A stretch of DNA of 64,000 nucleotides, taken from contig CBDBHB010000009.1 in assembly GCA_965205505.1 (NCBI GenBank), positions 2,784,001 to 2,848,000 on the forward strand. Direction: 5' to 3'. Within the stretch, counting starts at the first letter, position 1; every line of letters starts with the position of its first letter. A program made the translations under genes and the position numbers. The notes under the pieces are model-generated. The model did not search any database and had not been told where the DNA came from. It saw only the letters and a list, made by a program, of their open reading frames with translations. The stretch is from Acidobacteriota bacterium (GTDB lineage Bacteria; Acidobacteriota; UBA890; WLXD01). This document shows positions 59,668-64,000 of the stretch, piece after piece.

Positions 59668-62276
59668 TCCGCTTCGACAGATTCACCGTGAAGGCGCAGG
59701 AGGCGGTCCAACGCGCCCAGGCGTTGGCGCTGTCACTCAAACACCAAGGCGTCGCTGGCGTGCACTTGTTGATGGCGCTGCTCGAGCCGGCCGACGGCGT
59801 CGTGCGCACCGTCCTCCAGCGGCTCGGAAGCGATCCGGATGCCCTGCTCCTGGCCGTCCGTGCGGAGGCCGAGGAACGTCCGCAGGTGAGCGGTGGAAAC
59901 CTCGAGCCCTATCTCCAGGCAAGCACCAAGTCGGTTTTCGAGGCCGCGCATGCCGAGGCCGATCAGCTGGAGGATCGATTCGTTTCCACCGAGCACTTGC
60001 TGCTAGGCCTGCTGGGCTCGGGCGCCAAAGCAGCCGAGCTGCTCGCCAGCCATGGCGTAGGCCGCGACGATCTCTTCGCGGCGCTGCAGAAAGTGCGTGG
60101 CAGCATGCGGGTCACCGATCCCAACCCGGAGGACAAGTACAACGCCATCGACCAGTACGGGATCGACCTTACCGAGCGTGCCCGCCGCGGCAAGCTGGAC
60201 CCGGTGATCGGCCGGGACGAAGAGATCCGCCGGGTCGTGCAGGTCCTGTCGCGGCGGACCAAGAACAACCCGGTGCTGATCGGTGAGCCGGGCGTGGGCA
60301 AGACGGCCATCGTCGAGGGGCTGGCGCAGCGCATCGTCAACGGTGACGTGCCGGAGACGCTGAAGAACCGCCGTGCGATCAGCCTGGACCTCGGCGCCAT
60401 GCTGGCCGGGGCCAAGTATCGGGGCGAGTTCGAGGATCGGCTCAAGGCATTTTTACGCGAAGTTACCGAGGCAGGCGACGTGATCCTGTTCATCGACGAG
60501 CTCCATACTGTTGTCGGCGCGGGCGCCGCCGAGGGCGCCGTCGATGCGTCCAACATGCTCAAGCCGGCGCTGGCGCGCGGTGAGCTGCACGCCATCGGTG
60601 CCACTACCTTGAGCGAGTTTCGCAAGTACGTCGAGAAAGACCCGGCGCTCGAGCGCCGCTTCCAGCCGGTGCGGGTCCAAGAGCCGGGGGTAGAGGAGAC
60701 CATCTCGATCCTGCGCGGCCTCAAGGAACGCTACGAGGTACACCACGGGGTGCGCATCCGTGACGCTGCGCTGATCGCAGCAGCGACACTCTCTCATCGC
60801 TATATCACCGACCGGTTCTTACCTGACAAGGCGATCGATCTGATGGATGAGGCCGGGGCGCGGTTGCGCGTCGAGATCGACAGCAAGCCGGCACCTCTTG
60901 ACGAGATTGAACGCCGCCGCCGCCAGATGGAGATCGAGCGCGAGGCGCTACGCAAGGAAGACGACAGCGGCTCACGGGATCGACTGGAGGCGCTCGAGGA
61001 GGAGCTGAGCGCGCTGGTCGCAGAGCATGAGCGCCTCAAGGCGCGGTGGGACGAGGAAGTTCGGCACGTGCGTGGCATTCAGGAGCTCAAGCGCCAAATC
61101 GAGGAGGCGCGCACCGATGCCGAGCGCGCCGAGCGCGACGGCGAGCTGGCGCGTGCCGCGGAGCTGCGGTACGGCGTCGTACCTGAGCGCGAGGCAGAGC
61201 TCGAAACCTCACGCCAGCGGCTGGAGGAGCTCAACGGCGACGGCAACGCGATGCTCAAAGAGGAGGTTGACGCCGAGGACGTGGCCGCCGTGGTCTCGCG
61301 GTGGACAGGCATTCCGGTCAGCAAGCTCATCGAAGGGGAGATCGACAAGCTGCTGGAAATGGAGTCCCGGCTGCACCAGCGCGTCGTCGGGCAGGAGCCA
61401 GCGGTGCGCGCCGTCTCAGACTCCATTCGCAGGGCCCGCGCCGGACTACAAGAGCGCGGGCGTCCGTACGGCTCGTTCATGTTCCTTGGTCCGACCGGCG
61501 TCGGGAAGACCGAGCTGGCGAAGGCCCTGGCAGAGTTCATGTTCGACAGCGAAGAGGCGATGATTCGTCTCGACATGACGGAGTACATGGAACGCCATGC
61601 TGTGGCGCGCATAATCGGCGCGCCGCCGGGCTACGTCGGCCACGAAGAGGGAGGTTTCCTTACCGAGGCGGTGCGCCGGCGCCCTTACTCGGTCATCCTC
61701 CTCGACGAGATCGAAAAGGCGCATGCCGACGTCTTCAACATCCTGCTCCAAATCCTCGACGATGGCCGCCTTACTGACGGCAAGGGACGCACCGTCGACT
61801 TCTCCAACAGCGTCGTAATCATGACCTCCAACCTCGGCAGCGAGCATATGCAGCGGCTGGACGAGATCGGGCCAGAGGGCATCGAAGCGGCGGTGATGGA
61901 CGCTGTGCGCCGCACCTTCCGGCCAGAGTTCGTGAACCGCATCGACGAGACGATTGTCTTCTCGCCCTTGTCGGTGGCCCAACTGCAGGAGATCGTGCGG
62001 ATCCAGCTACGCCAACTGCGAGAACGTGTCGCCGACCGTAACCTGGAGATAGAGTTCAGCGAGGCTGCCGAGCAGCTATTGGCCGAGCAGGGCTACGATC
62101 CGGTGTATGGCGCCCGCCCGCTGAAGCGCCTCATCCGCCAGCTGGTCGAAAATCCCCTGGCGCGGGCGATCCTGGCAGGCGAGTTCGTCGACGGGGACCA
62201 CATCCGCGTGGATACCGATCCCACTACCTCCGTGCTGGCGTTCCGTCGTACTCGGGCGACTGCTGCGGCGGGGTGA
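59664..62276 (+). CDS. clpB: ClpB disaggregase
   Basis: Two AAA+ modules ([16 protein letters not shown]), long coiled-coil M-domain with AAELRYG, GARPLKR. Confidence 0.97.
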   Translation: MIRFDRFTVKAQEAVQRAQALALSLKHQGVAGVHLLMALLEPADGVVRTVLQRLGSDPDALLLAVRAEAEERPQVSGGNLEPYLQASTKSVFEAAHAEADQLEDRFVSTEHLLLGLLGSGAKAAELLASHGVGRDDLFAALQKVRGSMRVTDPNPEDKYNAIDQYGIDLTERARRGKLDPVIGRDEEIRRVVQVLSRRTKNNPVLIGEPGVGKTAIVEGLAQRIVNGDVPETLKNRRAISLDLGAMLAGAKYRGEFEDRLKAFLREVTEAGDVILFIDELHTVVGAGAAEGAVDASNMLKPALARGELHAIGATTLSEFRKYVEKDPALERRFQPVRVQEPGVEETISILRGLKERYEVHHGVRIRDAALIAAATLSHRYITDRFLPDKAIDLMDEAGARLRVEIDSKPAPLDEIERRRRQMEIEREALRKEDDSGSRDRLEALEEELSALVAEHERLKARWDEEVRHVRGIQELKRQIEEARTDAERAERDGELARAAELRYGVVPEREAELETSRQRLEELNGDGNAMLKEEVDAEDVAAVVSRWTGIPVSKLIEGEIDKLLEMESRLHQRVVGQEPAVRAVSDSIRRARAGLQERGRPYGSFMFLGPTGVGKTELAKALAEFMFDSEEAMIRLDMTEYMERHAVARIIGAPPGYVGHEEGGFLTEAVRRRPYSVILLDEIEKAHADVFNILLQILDDGRLTDGKGRTVDFSNSVVIMTSNLGSEHMQRLDEIGPEGIEAAVMDAVRRTFRPEFVNRIDETIVFSPLSVAQLQEIVRIQLRQLRERVADRNLEIEFSEAAEQLLAEQGYDPVYGARPLKRLIRQLVENPLARAILAGEFVDGDHIRVDTDPTTSVLAFRRTRATAAAG

Positions 62277-62307
62277 CATGAAGAGCCCTAGAATGGCCAC
62301 TCTGACG

Positions 62308-62480
62308 ACCCACACTTCCACCACGGCCTGCCAGCCCTCCGGGTGGCCGCGGCGGCTGGCCACCTCCGGCGTCGGCTCTCCTCTGCGATACGCACAGCAT
62401 CGCCGTCGTCGAGCCTCCTTGGATTCGACTCAGTCGTGCGCGCCACAATATGCAACGAACCTCTGTTAACAGGACACTAG
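62308..62480. mobile_element. composite MITE remnant (type A arm + type B half)
   Basis: CACACTTCCACCACGGCCTGCCAG, then hairpin core and CTCTGTTAACAGGACACTAG. Confidence 0.85.
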
Positions 62481-63416
62481 ATGCCGCGTAAGGACTATTA
62501 CGCTGTTCTTGGCGTCGCGAAGACAGCCGCGGCGGACGAGATCAAGCGCGCCTACCGCAAGCTCGCCCGAAAATGGCACCCGGATGTCAATTCAGGCGAT
62601 GCCAAGGCGGAGGAAAGGTTCAAGGAGATCTCCGAGGCCTACCACGTGCTCGGGGATCCCAAGCGGCGCAAGAAATACGATCACGTGGGCCCCGAGGCGT
62701 TCGCCCGCGACTTCGACGGGTCGGCCTTTTCCGAGCAGTTCGGCAACTTGTTTGGCGGCGGCGGCGGCGGTGGCTTCTCGGTCGGCGGGTTCAGCATCGA
62801 GGATCTACTCGGCGGGTTTGGCGTTGGCAGCCCGTCCGGTGGTGGCCCGCATGTTCGTCGGCCGCCACCGTCGCGCGGGCGCGACATACGAATTCGTGTC
62901 GAGCTCGGGCTCGAGGATGCGGTAAACGGAGCCGAGCGCCTGATCAGCTACCGCGGCGAGAGCGGCGACGTGCAGCGTACCCGCGTGCGAATTCCCGCCG
63001 GGGTGCGGCAGGGCAGCAAGGTTCGGGTTCGAGGGAAGGGTTCCGACGGGCTCAATGGCGGCGGACGCGGCGACCTGTATGTCGTGGTCGATATTGCGGC
63101 GCATCCGCGGTTCCGGCTCGTCGGCGACGATCTGCACACCAACGTGCCGATCACTATCTATGAGGCGGCGCTCGGTGGTCGTGTGGAGGTGCCGACGCTG
63201 TCAGGGACGACGACGATCAGCTTGCCAGCGGGCACGTCGAACGGACAGGTGTTCCGCCTGCGCGGCAAGGGCGCCGCACGTAAGGCGGGCGGCGCAGGAG
63301 ACTTGATGGCAAAGGTGGCAATCGAGTTGCCGAAACAGCTCGACGATCCGATGGTGGAGATCATGCAACAGGTACGCGATCAGCATCCCTATGATCCGCG
63401 CCACAATAACGAGTGA
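62481..63416 (+). CDS. class B J-domain protein (CbpA/DnaJ-like, no zinc finger)
   Basis: DYY..LGV, HPD, G/F region, GDLYV, ALGG..VPTL; no CxxCxGxG. Confidence 0.93.
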   Translation: MPRKDYYAVLGVAKTAAADEIKRAYRKLARKWHPDVNSGDAKAEERFKEISEAYHVLGDPKRRKKYDHVGPEAFARDFDGSAFSEQFGNLFGGGGGGGFSVGGFSIEDLLGGFGVGSPSGGGPHVRRPPPSRGRDIRIRVELGLEDAVNGAERLISYRGESGDVQRTRVRIPAGVRQGSKVRVRGKGSDGLNGGGRGDLYVVVDIAAHPRFRLVGDDLHTNVPITIYEAALGGRVEVPTLSGTTTISLPAGTSNGQVFRLRGKGAARKAGGAGDLMAKVAIELPKQLDDPMVEIMQQVRDQHPYDPRHNNE

Positions 63417-63430
63417 GCCGCGAAGCGTGG

Positions 63431-63491
63431 CGCCTACTGACCCCAACTCGTCGTAGCCGAGCTCGCCCCGCTTCCACTACGAACCGGCCAG
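63431..63491. mobile_element. degenerate MITE type A arm
   Basis: CTGACCCCAACTCGTCGTAGCC..CTTCCACTACG..GCCAG aligns with the reverse complement of 45397-45451. Confidence 0.65.
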
Positions 63492-63575
63492 GCTGCGCTA
63501 TGCGGTCGATGGGGGCGCGGTACCATACGCGAAGCCGAATGCGTTGCAACCTACTCAGAGAGCGACCGACTACAT

Positions 63576-64000
63576 ATGCCTGAATCCGAGCCCTTCGACA
63601 CTCACCTGGACGCCGAGATTCAGCAGGAGCTCGGCCGCGCACGGGAAGCGGAGATCGAGTTCCCGGCGACATTACCGGTTTTGCCGCTGCGCGGGTCGGT
63701 GCTGTTTCCCGGCGTGGTCATGCCGGTGCTGGTCGGGCGCAAGGCCTCCCAGCAGCTGGTGGTCGAGACGATGGATGCCGATCGGCTGGTGGCTGTCGTA
63801 GCCTTGCGTGACGCCGAGATCGAAGAGCCTAACGCCGACGATCTGCATGAGATCGCCACGCTGGCGCGACTGGTGAAGGTTCTGCGTCTGCCCAACGGCA
63901 ACCTCAACGTGATCGTCCAAGGTATTCAAAGGCTGCGTCTCGACGCCGTCACGTCCACTGATCCCTACATTCACGCTACCTGGAACGACATCCCCGAGCC
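63576..64000 (+). CDS. lon: Lon protease N-terminal domain (runs off the window)
   Basis: LPVLPLRGSVLFPGVVMPVLVGR..LRLPNGNLNVIVQG. Absent from the ORF track because it is open-ended. Confidence 0.85.
   Translation, partial: MPESEPFDTHLDAEIQQELGRAREAEIEFPATLPVLPLRGSVLFPGVVMPVLVGRKASQQLVVETMDADRLVAVVALRDAEIEEPNADDLHEIATLARLVKVLRLPNGNLNVIVQGIQRLRLDAVTSTDPYIHATWNDIPE

Noticed and set aside
15152-61982. Numerous long antisense or alternate-frame ORFs
   Set aside because: Arg/Ser/Pro-rich shadows of real genes, expected at high GC, with no motifs.
59612-63560. CIRCE or HAIR heat-shock operators
   Set aside because: Only half-site resemblances (TTGACACTC near 59617; ACTCAG near 63553), without a correct partner or spacing.
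1-64000. CRISPR array, prophage, rRNA, intact transposase or integrase
   Set aside because: No regularly spaced repeats with unique spacers and no recognisable cas, phage or recombinase ORFs.

Overview
GC-rich bacterial chromosome window, probably Acidobacteriota (inferred from the ADOP permease + PadR pair, Ser/Thr kinase-PD40 remnants and a FecR/DUF6600 protein). 1-14.3 kb is an accessory patchwork ending at a tRNA-Leu(TAA). There, single cargo genes (mostly exported hydrolases) are interleaved with about ten short remnants of one multicopy Ser/Thr kinase/beta-propeller family: promoter+start, N-lobe, DFG and C-terminal pieces. Two remnants join perfectly across a 13-bp direct repeat 11.1 kb apart. 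14.3-28 kb holds more amide/peptide/D-amino-acid hydrolases. 28-64 kb is mostly core genes (fhs, cls, trpS, dgt, glnA, queG, moeA, trmI, nth, clpB, dnaJ-class, lon). Intergenic spaces carry CTAG-bounded MITE/REPIN-like elements with four terminal-repeat types and a shared hairpin core. Best leads: (i) a LexA-like repressor lacking the autocleavage Gly and catalytic Lys, with a tandem TACC-N12-GGTA operator over its promoter, heading clpB-dnaJ-lon; (ii) the kinase-remnant-scaffolded cargo array; (iii) the modular MITEs, which sit on stop codons and appear to donate RBSs; (iv) two candidate structured RNAs flanking trpS. Several frameshifts may be assembly errors. All calls were made by eye, with no database searches.
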